From Blasia pusilla (Eukaryota): a stretch of 64,000 nt of DNA. A model generated the notes under the pieces. The model was not told the origin of the DNA. It made no database searches and saw only the letters and a list, made by a program, of their open reading frames with translations. The translations under genes were made by a program, and so were the position numbers. The stretch covers positions 558,001 through 622,000 of the forward strand of contig CM114271.1 in assembly GCA_050084515.1 (NCBI GenBank), in the 5' to 3' direction. Numbering within the stretch: the first letter of the stretch is position 1; each line of letters begins with the position of its first letter. Of this stretch, positions 50,563 to 64,000 are shown in pieces.

Positions 50563-51619
50563 ACATGGGTATAGAGGACGGGGGGAAGGTTTTGGGGAAG
50601 ACCACTAGATGGGCTATCAATGACTCTCATCATGGATGTTTAGAATACATGTTAATATGACCCTATGTCACATAGGTCTCGTGCCACATCAGATGAAAGC
50701 GAGTTGGAGGAGAAGCGAAAAAGGGGTATACTTGTGTGTGGCGTTTGGCTCAAATCTATATATCCCCTCGGATCATATTGTTGGAGGAGACAACCACTTA
50801 GATAATGTTTCCTATTTCGAGGTTGGAGGAGAAAGAGCAAGAGAAGATCCGCCCTATATAGCATCTACCTACTCTAAGGTAGAGCAGGAGTCCTCATTGG
50901 ATAATACACCCTCAATATGCATAAAGTATATTTGTCGTAGGCGCCACCACACAAGATCGAGTAGTGGAAATCCTACCACGATGGCTATTAGCAAGGATAG
51001 GTGCGGGATACAATGGCATATTGTGGGACGTCTTTACGCATTGGACCTTCTACATGTTTAGTGTAGCCCCATATGCATGGCATTAATAGTGAAGACTGAG
51101 TTACAGTCAATTTCATCAGACACCCGAATTGCTACATTTGGTACTCACACGAAGTAAGGAAGCTTAATCTTGGTTAGTCAGTTAATTGCGATTATCTTAA
51201 ATAGGGTTAGTTAATCATAATTAGTCTAACTCAAGACTATGGTTAGGATTAAGGTTAGGATTGCTTGTACATACCCTATATAATTGAGAAGAGGACCAAA
51301 CTCCACTCACTCTCTCATTGCAAAAATTCGTTCTCCATGGTGGTGTGTGAGTGTGAGATTCGTTTCCCATAAGTTATGCTTCTTTAGCAGTTTTCTACAA
51401 TTATTAATTTAAGTGCAAACCAATGACGTTAGCAGGATTTGTGATATTAGAGTTCATGATATCGTATAATAGGTTTTGTACAAAATTTATCCATATCTAT
51501 CAATTTTTATTTTTATTTTTATCATTTGGCTGAAGTGAAGATTGGAATGTCAGACGTATTCAATGGAAATTTATTCATGAGCATGAAATTAAACCCTTTA
51601 AGAATAACATAAAATTGTG

Positions 51620-51926
51620 AGTAGTTTGCGGATCAGACCAGTAAATTGCGTAGCGGCTCAATTACAAGCTAGATTTGCAATTGGCTTGTAAGGTTGTCAT
51701 AATGTTGCAAAATTGTGTGAGTCTAAGGCGAGTTCTTTGCTAGCCAATTACCACCAAATCGGGAGTGTAATAAAATGGAACTTTCAAGTTGTGTGAAGTC
51801 ACAAACTACAAGTCGGATTCTCATTCTTGAGAGTGCACCACTCTCAAAGTTGCAACCTAACTATAGTTACTTTGCAACTAAGGTGCAACTCTTGGGAATT
51901 CCAAAGTTATTATGGATGCAGTAGTG
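51620..51926. mobile_element. Possible CACTA terminus with subterminal repeats
   Basis: Ends in gtagtg (reverse complement of CACTAC) after many ttgcaa/gcaact motifs; similar motif clusters at ~17300-17420 and ~24540-24830. Confidence 0.4.
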
Positions 51927-52437
51927 AATATTGCAATAGATATTTCCTATGCTAGAGGTTCAAACCACAGGGTATGGTCAAACTAGAAAATAATGAATAA
52001 ATCATAATGTGTGGCCGAGAGAGTTGGATATGTGAATCTTTACAGATTAGAAATCCAATCAAACATATGACCTAATATTCAGACTTAACAAATTGGCCAA
52101 TCATAGTATATTGAAGGTATGTCTCATTGGTCAATTTTTAAAAATATGCTATTCAAAGATTTATATTTCCTAAACGTAAAGATAGCTACAAATGGTAGCC
52201 TCCCAATATATATGACCATATGATCTCAATTGTTCGAGTAATTTGCTTGACTTGAAATAGGAAAATAAGGGCGATTTAAGAAATCTCGATCTTGATATAA
52301 AGAAATTAATCTCAACATTAATCTTATCCGAGCATTAAGAATAAAACTATAATTGAACAACTAAAGAATCCCCCACCTTGTTAAGACGGTTTAATGATAA
52401 GGGTTGACCATATATGATATATAACAAGATACGATAA

Positions 52438-52990
52438 TGTCATGACTTTTAGGATAGATCGACGAGATCTAGTAGAGAGCGTTAGCGGATAGTGGAGCAT
52501 TGGCGGATAGTAGAGGACAGCTTCAAGAGGCCAACGATGACCTGTTGAGGCCACGAGTAACTTGAGAGAACAAGTTTTCCCTTCATTTTGGCTCGTTTGG
52601 AGCGATATTGAGGAACTTACTATTTTGGGTAAGTTGTTGTTTTGATACACTTGAGTTTCCACTTTGGAAAGTGGCCCTTGACCTACTAAAATAGGTCAAG
52701 AGCCAAGGAGGTGACCTACGAGCATAGGTTACCATAGAGAGAGTTTGGGAGAGGGAATGGGGTATACCTCCAAGATAGAAAGCTTGAGAGCTCATTCTCT
52801 ATTTGTTGAACCTTTTAGCATGAAGAGGCGGAGCTATGCTCCTCCTTGTCTTGTGTATGTAATCCAAGCCTCTCATTAGGAGACTGGGTTTGGTTTGACA
52901 TGAGAGAGAGATGGAGTGTGCATCTTATGAGAGATTGTGTGAGATATATACTTGATTTATTGGAGATATTTTGGTACTTATTGTGTCTAT
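52438..52990 (+). repeat. Family-A LTR-like copy
   Basis: tgtcatgacttttagga...; matches 29580-30060 and then continues into ttggagatattttggtact (also at 40741). Confidence 0.75.
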
Positions 52991-53231
52991 GTTAGAACAA
53001 AAAATAGACGGAAATAAATAAGGTCAGTAAACCTTCAAGTAACCTCGATTGTATTACTCAATCGAATAGTTTTAGTAGCATATACCATTGATGTGTTTTC
53101 TATGCAATAGGCAAATTTTGTTGACTTAGAGCCGCTACGAAGAGTCGTATAATTTAAGGGGTAATTATAGAGTCTATATTGAAGATGTGGTAAAGTGTAA
53201 TTAGTATGGCCTAATTCATGCGCATACACAT

Positions 53232-53360
53232 TGTTACATAAAATATATCATTATCATCGTACACACACACATAAACATAAGACACCACACTCACTCATGT
53301 CATCTACACGTACAAGCGATCATGTACCAAAATATCTATAAAAAAAAGGATCAAAGATCA

Positions 53361-53398
<38 letters not shown>

Positions 53399-53720
53399 TC
53401 TCTCTAACACACTTTCCTAATGAGAGGTTTGGATTATTGACAAGGTTAAGAGGATTTTAGCTCGATCGCCTCATGGGAGGAGGCTCAAGAAAGTGAGAAT
53501 AATCTCCCAACGTCTCTCTCCTAGGATATACCCTTTCCCTCTCCCATAATCTCTCCAGATGACATATGCATGCAGATCACCTCCTCAACCTTAACTTACG
53601 AGTGTAGATCAAGGGGCACTTTCTCACAAGTGTAACCCAACTCTACTCAAAATAGGGAACTTACTTGAAATAACAAGTTCTTCAATGTAGCTCCAAATGA
53701 GCCGAAAAAGAGGATAACTT
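53232..53720 (-). repeat. Family-A LTR-like copy (reverse) with (CT)n tract at 53364-53404
   Basis: Reverse complement matches 52570-52980 and 40741-40849; ends ...gtaaca. Confidence 0.65.
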
Positions 53721-54336
53721 GCATACTTATATTACCCTATTCCTTAATTACCAAGTCATCCTTGACCAAATGGGACTGACATCCAACCTCACCAGATTGC
53801 ATAGATATTCGATATTCTACTATAAAATTTGTGACATTTACAAGAGTAGATTTCTATGTCATCTCCCATCTTCAAATGATCGTGTCTTTATTTTTTCAAG
53901 AAATATGCAAAACTAACTCAAAATAAGAGTTATGAAGCACAATGAAGTTAGGGCTTTTATGAAGAAGGGGAAGGATTAAATGATATGAAATTTTTGGAAT
54001 CTTTATTTCCATAAAGTGAGTTGTATGATCCAATGCTAGAACTCGTGCTTGGAATCTCGGAGAATCTCGTAACACGATCTTGATATGATTCCATTTCAAT
54101 TCATCCTCTCTAAACATTTAACATAACTCATGAACAAAATTCAAACATGTTGCTCTTCTATCTTATTAACCCATTATTTCGTCTTATTGTAATTGTAAGT
54201 TCACCCTTTATAATATAGATAGATTATCACTTCCTCTCTCCCAAGATTCAAACACACCTCTTTCCTTCTCCCAAATTTTACACTCCCATAAATGTCAAAC
54301 CTCAAAGGGCACTTGAAAGTCAAAATAACAAATGTG

Positions 54337-54826
54337 ATACTATTATATATATGTCTTATTATATTTGTCATGTTGAAAATAAGACTATAAATTAAAATAC
54401 TTATAACAAAACCCTTTTTAGTATATAAATTACTAGAGGGTAGTGCGTGCCATGCATGGGAGCGAAAGGACTCATCGTGTTGCACAATTTTTTTTTTCTT
54501 GTCCATAGTATGGAAAACATTTTGTTACTGCCCGTATAAGGAGAAACATTTTTTTCTTGTCCGATTATCACATGTCAAACATAGAAGTGTTTGCAAATCA
54601 AAAAGCACTCTCCTATAATAATATAGATGATCTTTTTAAATATAAATCCAAAATACTATTATATATACGTCTTATTATATTTGTCATGTTGAAAATAAGA
54701 CTATAAATTAGAATATTTATAACAAAACCTTTTTTATATATAAATTACTAGTGGATAGCCCACCAAGTGCATGGGAGTGAAAATAGGAATCGCGTTGCAC
54801 AATTCTTTCTTTTTTCCTTGTCCATA
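54337..54826. repeat. ~170-bp direct repeat (54337-54507 and 54653-54826)
   Basis: atactattatatata(t/c)gtcttattatatttgtcatgttgaaaataagactataaatta...ttgtccata occurs twice. Confidence 0.85.
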
Positions 54827-56948
54827 AAATGGAAAGTATTTTTTTATTGCCCCAATAAAATTTTTTATTCCAATTGTCAGCGTCATAAATATTAGCAAAT
54901 TAAGAAAACACTCGACCATGCTAATATAAATTATCCAAATGAATTTTCATTAGGAGACTTATTATAATTGCTTCTTTCTGTGTGTACCTAAATTTTGGAG
55001 GCTTATCTGCCAAACTAATTTTCTTTTTCTTTCCAAAATGGAACACTGCGTTTTTTGAAAATTGAAACACGACTCGGCATTTTCCACACTAATCCCATGT
55101 TTTCAATGCGTTGGAGAGAACAATTCACGTAACAACCGCAGTCAAGGAAGATGCGGCGCAGGGATCAGCGCCTTCGGTGACAGATAACACCGATTGAGTG
55201 AAAGGCTAGGAGAGAAACCCGCGTTTCGTGCGTGGTGCTTGTAGGTGATTTCGTTTGGTTTCGCGTCAGCCGATCCGCACTCGCATTCTGATTACTCGTC
55301 GCATCCAAACTGCTACAACCTCGGCTGCTGGATCGCCGCATAGCTCGACAACGAGAAGTAATTCAAGCGTCCTCGAGACTTCGGCTTTCCGCAGGCGGCA
55401 GGTCGTCCTCTTCACTCGAAAGTCGTGTAGGTTTAAACCGTCGGAGTCGTACGGTTGAATTTCGTCTCAACCTCGTTCGCCCTCAAATTCAAACGCGTGT
55501 TTATGGTAAGGACAGAAGCGGTGAAGGAGTACATTGGGGGGTCGGGAAGCGTCCGCACTACTTGCAACTTCCGGAATGTGTCCTACTTTGACCTTGCTGG
55601 ATGATTGTTAGACTCAGGACTGTTAGATATCTCTGCCGTCGGCAGAGTTTGACTAGCCGAAATCCGACGCGAGTAATCCGCGGCGTTTAGAGAGACCGCG
55701 ACCAACGCTTGAGACGACTCGACTGTTGTCATTCTTCATGCGGGGATGGATTTGTGGCGATTAGAAACAGTAGCGCGAGAGAGGACTCGACGGGCCTCAA
55801 TCCGAACGCAAGGAAGGTCCCGCGCTTGTGACTGCACTTGTTGTTACATCAATACTCCTCTGTGCAGATTTGTGGCGATTGTATAGGGAACACGAGCATC
55901 TCGAGATTTTAATGCTGATATTTTCCTACGTTTTTATGTAGGATCTTTCCGTGTGTATTAATGACGTGTCATCCGATTGCCACACTCACCGTCATGTAAT
56001 TAGATCAGATCGTATGCATTTCTGGCAATTAGAAGCACGAGTAAGCTGAGACTTTGGTTTCTTCTCATCCTTATGACATCCCGAGCCGACTGCAACGCTG
56101 CCCGTAATTCGCTTTGATTGGGGTTGCACTTGAAAGTGAATTGTTTTCTCAACGCAGGCTCGCATTTTTCTCAGAGTTGTTTTATTAACAATCATATTCA
56201 GATCACATATCCCAGTCGCATACATTTTCACTCCGGAAAACACGAGTCCCCCCGGCCTGAATAGACCTCACATCCGCCCCACTCTGTCACTCTGTTGAAT
56301 GTGGGTGTGGATTTATGGCCATCAGAGACCCCACCACTTCAGACGATTTGGCTCTTCACATTAGGAGAGGATTTCTGGCAATTAAAAACGCCAGAGCTAG
56401 AACTTGAAACGACTTGACTACCGCTGATCTACGATTATGGACAAGGGGCAATTACAAACCCCGGCGCTTGAGACGACCCGGCTCTATGGGAAAGGACCAA
56501 ATCGTGCCGACTCGTACCCTAGTGATTGGTCTGGATCTAATAACTGCTGTGGGACCACGCAACTGCTCGGGCATTCTTCAACGCGGACGCGTTTATAACA
56601 TCTGTCTGTACATGCGGCGAGGTAATTTGGAAACCAAGCAGTTAAATGTCAACATCCCGCCTGCATACATCAATCTTCGTCTTCAGATTCCTGGAGCAAT
56701 GTGCTGGACTTTCACGTCCAGCCCTCGGCAGACCGGACTCACCGGATGCATTAGGGAAAGACGTCAATCAAATGAAGTGAGAAACTCCCTTACGTAATGA
56801 CTTTCACGAACTAGCGCCAGAAAGTGGTCGCATCGGGCGCGTTAGGACGAATTCCCGAGATTATGAGCCGAAGAAGTCAAGTCGTCCTATCGGCGATATC
56901 ATTTCACACGGTTTGAAGGATTGTGGAGCCGCCGAAAGTCAACCTCCG

Positions 56949-57076
56949 ATTTCGAAAACTGCATTACCTACCTACGACTATTCTTCGCCGGCGCCTCTAG
57001 GAATCGGGTACATTTCGAAAATTGCATAGCCTACCTACGACTATTCTTCCGCCGGGGCCTCTAGGAATTGAGTACA
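56949..57076. repeat. ~63-bp tandem duplication
   Basis: tttcgaaaa.tgcat..cctacctacgactattcttc(c)gccgg.gcctctaggaat occurs twice. Confidence 0.85.
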
Positions 57077-57543
57077 GGCAGTCGTGTAAGGTAGATGAAG
57101 TTCAGGTGGAACTCGTGCATCAACGTTTCTTGAATTGACGATGTGACCTCCCGTTCAATGGAGGCATCCAAATCGTTCTCCAGCAAAGCCTACTCGTCCG
57201 GAAATGGGGCCACCGCCGTCAAACTGGAAAGTGAATGAGCTGAGCGAGGAGACCAGAGGTAACCTTAATTGAAGCACTTCCAATGATGGAGCAGATCTCC
57301 CTTTTTGTCTCAAATATGAGACCAGAAGGTCGCCACGTTAATCAAAAGGGAGAACAGCTTCCTAGATTAGAGATTCCACGAACTTTTGTGCGAGGTCTCG
57401 AAATTTGACGACATTCTGAATTGACAAACTGTGATTGAATGCTTTAGAGGAAGATATCTTCCGGACCAATATACTGTAGTTCCCTACACTGATTAAGGTC
57501 AGATCTGGAGCATGTAGCTTTCGCCCCGGGCTTCTTTTCTCCT

Positions 57544-60500
57544 TCAACTGACGACTACTTTTCGATGTATTGAGAGAGAGAGGTCTAGAAGTTGTTGCGC
57601 ATCTACTGCGGCAGGGGCGTTCGTGAGAGCACAATGGGCGGCGGTAGTCTTTGGAAAAGCTATGACATCCCTGATGGAAGTCTCACCTGCCAACAGCATC
57701 ACCAGACGATCCAACCCATACGCAATGCCTCCTGAAAACACAAGCAAACGTTTGTTGAGAGAAATGTTATCTGTATCAGGAACAAAAGACCTTACTCGTG
57801 AAGCAGCAAACGCGTGCTATGAAGCTCAGCTCGAAGTACGGTTATGGTGCAGAGTCCGTAGTCATGAAATAGAGCCCACCATAACCTCGCCACCATAGAA
57901 TCATCAACCTGTGTGGCACATACTGGTGCTGGTGAATGGGAACGCGTACACGGACGGAGGAAGAGGTGAACATTGATGAATATGACAGAAGTGACTCCGC
58001 CTGTTCTAAGACGCAATCGTGGGCTCAATTCTCTGACTCCAAGTTGAATTTGGCAAGATTCCGATGGGAGGAACGGGAAGCTTTTTGGGAGTTCGAATTC
58101 CGTTTCCGTTTTAAGAAATCTTTGACGGCAAAGACGGTGTTACTACGACGTTTCTGGATGTTAGTCCACTGGAGATTTTTCAACACAATCGCCCATCATG
58201 CCCGTGCTACAGAGCTGTTTTCCTTCATCAATCAAGACCTTCTGGCAGTGACTTGAAGAAGCCGTGACCAATTCGCGAACCTATCTCATTCTCTGAAGGA
58301 TAGGGCAAGGCATACCATGAGGAGGAGCACCAAAATCGAACGCCTCGAGCAGATATCCAAACTTTTCCTCCGCCTGTTGTGCATGCAGAGAGCCAGCAAA
58401 AAATCAGGTTCCACCACGCACCGGACGTTCAAACAACATGCTGATTTTCATCTCCGTAAGACTCGACTTGTTCCCACAAGCTGATATCCACCGCAAATCC
58501 AGGACCCCAAACTGCGCCTTCGCTTCGAACCCGCTCGAAATGCGACGCGGCAAAGTGCACCACATTTGAATGTCTGACCAAAGAGCTTACTCGAGACTTC
58601 GAGTAAGCTCTTTGGGTAAGCGCCAACGAACCTGGAGTAGAAAGGAGATTGACTGACTACGAGACTTCCACCCATTGTCTTCCATCCCAAACTGCGATTC
58701 CGTCTGGAGGATAAGATTACAAGACTCACACAAAGCGTCTAGAGGGGCTTTGCGTTCGTCTGTCGTAAACTGCCATTTACATCCCACGTATGAGTGGGAC
58801 AACCTCTCCCAATCCAAAACACGGAAGAGTGGGGGACAACCTATCCCATGCCATAGCCATCACGCAGATCCGGCTATTGATCAACGAGTCCATATGGAAC
58901 AGAATTCTTGACGCTCCATCGATCAACCACATCGTCAATTGTCTACCCTTACAAAACCTCATCAAGCAGAAGTGTTGACGACCGTACCTGCTGAGGAGTT
59001 AGACCGATGGCTTCCAACACCTTTTCTTGTATCTCTCGCCGGTATATCCTTAAACTTCCACCTCCGATCTGCAACACATGCATCAAATTCCATGGAGTTC
59101 ACGTATCGGCCAACCTCCGTTCTTGCCATCATACCCGGACGAGTTAAGCTTTGGCACAATTGCATTGTTACAGGGATGGAATTCAAAGGGTAGGGTATTC
59201 AAAGAGTCAACCTCGTTCAACTAAATGAAAAGGCATGCATGACAGAGGATGGGGGAAACCATCAAATAAAAAACCAGTGAGACTCAAACGAATCTTGAGA
59301 ACCCGTTAAAACAAGGATCCAACCTCTTTTATCCATGGGGGACTCAAACCACACCCTTTTGGTTTAGGGTCTCATTCCCTACACCAAAAGACCAATGTTT
59401 GGCGCTTTCCAGGTTTGTCGAAACCTGGTTGTATCTTAGAGTTCCAACATTTCATTGGTGCGTGGGGAACGTATCCTGATGAAGCTGATCTAGGTTTCAT
59501 CAGGTTCCGACTGTCTCAAGCGAATCGGACCAGTTTTGCAATGTGAAATAGCATCTAACCTGAGTTTTGACAAGACGATCAGACAGTCTGATAAACCTGC
59601 CATTTTCAGAATCTTACCTCGACTCCATTGTAGACCAAGTCATAAGCAAGAGCGCGTGCAGTTTTCAAGTCTTCCATATCATCAGGATGTGGTGAAGTGA
59701 ATGGGTGATGTAAAGCCTGTTTTGGAAATGCCAACCTTCCAAACATAAGTTTTTGTAATAGTATGTGACTGAACTGAAAAAAGTACGAGAAAAGCAAAGA
59801 AGGAATTTCTTCATCGTCTCTTTCGGGAACCGCTTGTTCTGAATTCGAGCTATCGATTCATAACTGCAACAGTGACAAATGTGGGGTAGTTCTTCATGGA
59901 GGGTTTCAGATCTTCAACGATGTTCACTTGCTTAAGGCAGTATCTGTGGGTGTTACACTGTAAGTATCCTCTACGACCAAACAACTCTGTTGTTTTGAGA
60001 GAGAGCTTTAGAAAATTTACCCACCTCTAGTCTGTCTTCAGATTCGTTCCACTCGAACATTGGGAAGTCTGTGATCCACAACATAGCATTTACAGACTGC
60101 AAAACAAGGAAAAGGAAATCGTATAAAGATGGTCAGAACCAGCCATTATGCTCCTCATTTCTGTTCCAAATATCAGATCAGTTCACTCAAGATGCACAAT
60201 ATCTTCATCTGATGTTTGCTAGTCAGCAAAATTGTGCTGTGACTTAAGAATACAGAAGGTGCTTGGTTATATTCTGGGGTCCAGTTCCTCCCATACTAGC
60301 ACAGAAATGAAAAGAAGAGCTGGAATAGAAGACGATGGGAGAATCCATCAGGATTACAAAAAAGCAGGACCCAAAGAGCCAATGTACTTCCAGGGCCACA
60401 AGCGAGGAGGGAACAGACAAGGGGAATCCCCAAAAACTTAACTTTACCAAGAGCAAAAACAATATCAACGACAATTAAAGAGACATGACTACCAACATGG

Positions 60501-63500
60501 ACTCAGAGATAAAACATCACTCCACCACAACAGCCACATGATCTAAACCCAGAGTTACCAGAACGGCCTGGCGGAGATTTCTACTCCACTCTGAATCCTT
60601 GTGATTTCTTTTGACATCAACATGGGAATGAGCAACCAGACCTTCTCGATTAAGTCCAAGTCTTCAGCAAGAAATGTCCGAAGGCGACCCAGGGCTCTGT
60701 TCACAACAGCAACAGAGTCAACTCCAAAGATAACCAGATCTCCTGCTTGTGCTCCTAGTCTCTCCACCAGTTCTACTCTCTGATGTGTGGTCAGGGTCTG
60801 CGTAATTGCTGAGCTTTCATCCATGAGCCCTGGTCCATAAAATTGACAGGGGTTAGAGGCATGAAAACTGGAAGTTATTAAGAATTTAATTTCATGACCC
60901 TGACAGTCCATCATGGGAACTCAACGCTACAGCTCCTACACACCTTGCAAAATTAAACCATGACATGGGGTTTATTAGCAAATATGCAGGTTTAAAAAAA
61001 TTACTGAGCACACTAGTGTACAAGGCGGTCACCTTGCTGATTGACCTTCACAAAAGGCAGGCTTTTCAACCCTGCCTTCCTTACTTCCTGGTAAACATCC
61101 CCTTTCTTCAACCTTGTTGCAGATATCTTAGCCACTCCTCCCGGCACTGAAACTGCTTTGACCACAGCACCCGACTTCAAGGGTTCCTTAAATGCAGGAT
61201 GATCTGATTGGCCTAGTATATCAGAGACCTGCTTGTCACATGACATGGAGATGATAATGGATGTGAGAGAAATCCCATAGTTTACCTAGACTCTCTTTCA
61301 AAGTTACACTGCAATACTGTCTCACTTTACCTCCACAAGTTCCATGCCAAATCGGATGTCTGGCTTATCAGATCCATAGCGAGCCATTGCCTCAGCATAA
61401 GAAAGCCTTGGAAATGGATTTGGAAGTTTGACGCCTTTTATCTCCTGAAACACCTGAGGAGCACAATTTGACAGGGTCAAGATGAATATGGTGCTCTTCT
61501 TTGCATTCTGGACTCTGGAAGGTCGTCAGAGGAATTTGCTGAAAGCAATCACAAGTATTCTCATCTTACATATAAACTGCAGTGACTAGGATTTCAAGGC
61601 ACATGTGAAGGAACGAAAGCTATCAATTGTCTTGAAGTGTCTGCTAGTGAAAGCATTTCAGCAACCACTGTTGCAATTAGAATCATGGCTCAACAAATGA
61701 ATCCTGTCTGTTCTCCACCAGTGCAAAGACCATATCCCAGGGAATGGATGAATTTTGGTCTGAGGTTCAACTTCACACATGATGAGTGCAGAGAGGTCTC
61801 ATACATGTCGCATTAAATTTTCGTTGAGCGTGAGCATGTCCTCCATGGGTGTAAATGCTAACTCCATATCAAGTTGAGTAAACTCGGGCTGCCTGTCAGC
61901 TCTCAAATCTTCATCTCGGAAACATCTGCAAAATACAATCAACTAATGTATTGTTAATATTGTGACTCACATAATCGAAAACTTAGCCAAACCTGATACA
62001 TAGAGCTGAAGATTTCTTATTAATCAAACCCTAGCACAGAAGGAATTTACCTTGCAACCTGATAATATCTGTCAAATCCTGAGACCATGAGCATTTGCTT
62101 GAAAAGCTGTGGACTTTGAGGAAGAGCATAAAAATGTCCTACCTGCACAGACAAGAGAAACCTTTAGAAGGGATTACTCTAAGCGGCAATCAAGTTGCAC
62201 ACACAATATATAGGGAAAATACGAGAAAATTCAGGTAAATAGCATGCCCACCTGACAAGTACTACTGGAAGAGGATAATTAGCTTAGTACTCAATATAGT
62301 TTGCCCAGGTCATCCAGGCCTACTTGAATATGTGGTAGAACCTTGCAGAGATTCTGAGAAGCTACTTGGGTCCTTTTGACTCATGGAGGTAGTTGGATTC
62401 ATCCATAACAGTGGGCTTGTTGGAGTTTCAATTTGGATCCTAGCATAGAAAGAAAAAGTTGACAGCAAACAAAGAGCTAAAAGCAAGCAATGTAGAAAAT
62501 GTTGAAATTTGTTAATATCTAGTTCAGTCATGCCCTAAAATTAGTTTGTCAAATACTAACTTAGTTGGATACTAATTTAGTTAGCTGGAGATAACTTAGT
62601 GTTCCTCTATCTTTTCAGGGTAACCTCGAATTAGGGCTATTCCTGAGTTAGCACTAGCCACCATCAGATATTTAGGGTATGGATCTGTTCAAGAAGATCT
62701 AAGGGCCAGAAATGCTCACTCTCATGTGTATATTGTCTCTGCTTAGAGTCAGAAGGTAATTCTACACTGTGCACAGCTTTTGGTGAAGACTCCTAGGCTC
62801 TTAGTGTGTCGTGCAGCACTGGCCTTGCTGCAGAGTGATTTGAATGAAGGAAGAGGAGATTGAGACTAAGTTCTGTGCTTGCTACAGCCTCACTGGAAGG
62901 CAGGTCGTTTTGTCTAGTAAGCTGATGGAGATTGTTTGTGCTCAGTGATGTGAGCCGAGTGTGATCTCTGAGCTGGTGACATGTGAGGATCTGTGTTGTG
63001 AGTGCAAGGTGTGACTATGCAGAATCCTTCTTAGTATCTGTTAGATAATAAGGAGAGTCACATCACTGGTAGGGCTCTGATTTGGCAATAGAGTTAGAAA
63101 CTGATTTGCTGATTGTGTACAAGCTGAAACCATGGATGGTTTAGCTGATGCTAGTTCTGACTTTGTACAAGGAGATACTTCTGCTGGTCAATCCTTTTCA
63201 CAGAAAATACCTGCACTCTAGATGGAACCAGGTAATCTCGAGCACCTTCAGGGGTTGATCTCGTTAAAATTGGAGTTTCAATCTGGAGTACATGCCATCA
63301 TACACTGTTAGAGTGGGTGTAATATGCCTTCAGCCACCGATCAGTGGAAAAATCTCAGGACAAAGAAGAGTGGCTTACAAAAAACAATGATACTGAAAGG
63401 AACCAAAAATTCCATGCATGGGTTAAAAGTAAGATTTAGTATTGGAAGTCAATCTCATGTAGGAGTTACCTCAACAAAATCAAGGGCATCTTCCAAATAT

Positions 63501-63969
63501 CTTCGAATAAGTTTTATGATATTATGGCGAAGCCTCAAGTTATGATTCATCTGTGGACGCCGCAGATCCAGATGTCGGTACCTACCAACACAATCATCTA
63601 CATATCCCCCTCATGCATCTTTCCACTTGCAAATCACCAAAAACATAATTGAAAAATAAGAGTTCAAGAAAGTCCCATTGAATGTCTAAGAAAGTGATAA
63701 TTGGTGGAATGGAAAAATATGAGGAAAAGTTTGAGATAATGTTAAGCACATTGAACCTCCCTGTACAAGCTAGTCACCTCAATATAGCTGTGTGATGCCA
63801 ACGGACAGTGCAAGACCAAGAGGCATATGGATGTTAAAGGTTGGAGTGGAGTATCTCACCTTAGGCGAACCTCTTCAGTTGTTGCAATTTTTGCATCATC
63901 AGCTGCAGTGATAGGAAATGGTAGAGCCACCCGAACAGGATTGAGCAACTTGATATTTTCAGCTAGTAC
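57544..63969 (-). CDS. aspS: Organellar (bacterial-type) aspartyl-tRNA synthetase, 5' end outside the window. Exons 63969-63860, 63581-63470, 63282-63211, 62142-62051, 61925-61805, 61453-61331, 61228-61033, 60829-60642, 60096-60025, 59716-59618, 59068-58988, 58373-58316, 57731-57544
   Basis: [123 protein letters not shown] introns. Confidence 0.96.
58578..58615. repeat. Perfect intronic hairpin, 17-bp arms
   Basis: ccaaagagcttactcga-gact-tcgagtaagctctttgg. Confidence 0.85.
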
Positions 63970-64000
63970 CTGCCAGAATGATCCCAGTGTGATAGTAGTG

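Overview
Eukaryotic (land-plant, probably bryophyte-like; inferred) nuclear DNA. It holds three intact, intron-containing host genes on the minus strand: an Alfin-like PHD protein (4053-6604), an R3H/SUZ RNA-binding protein (43423-46098) and the 3' part of an organellar-type aspartyl-tRNA synthetase (57544->64000). Between them lie transposon-rich blocks. These include a chromodomain Ty3/gypsy element with ~96% identical LTRs, a -1 frameshift site and a deleted RT core (10141-15486), a decayed CACTA transposase, and several foldback repeats. The standout is a decayed ~11 kb Ty3/gypsy element (~29580-40850). Its pol reads protease - DNMT3-like C5 cytosine methyltransferase - RT - RNase H - integrase - PHD finger, so the retrotransposon carries both a chromatin writer and a chromatin reader. 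This element and a relative nested in its gag also show an unusual terminal layout with no visible direct-repeat LTR pair. All alignments and counts were made by eye; no database searches were run.
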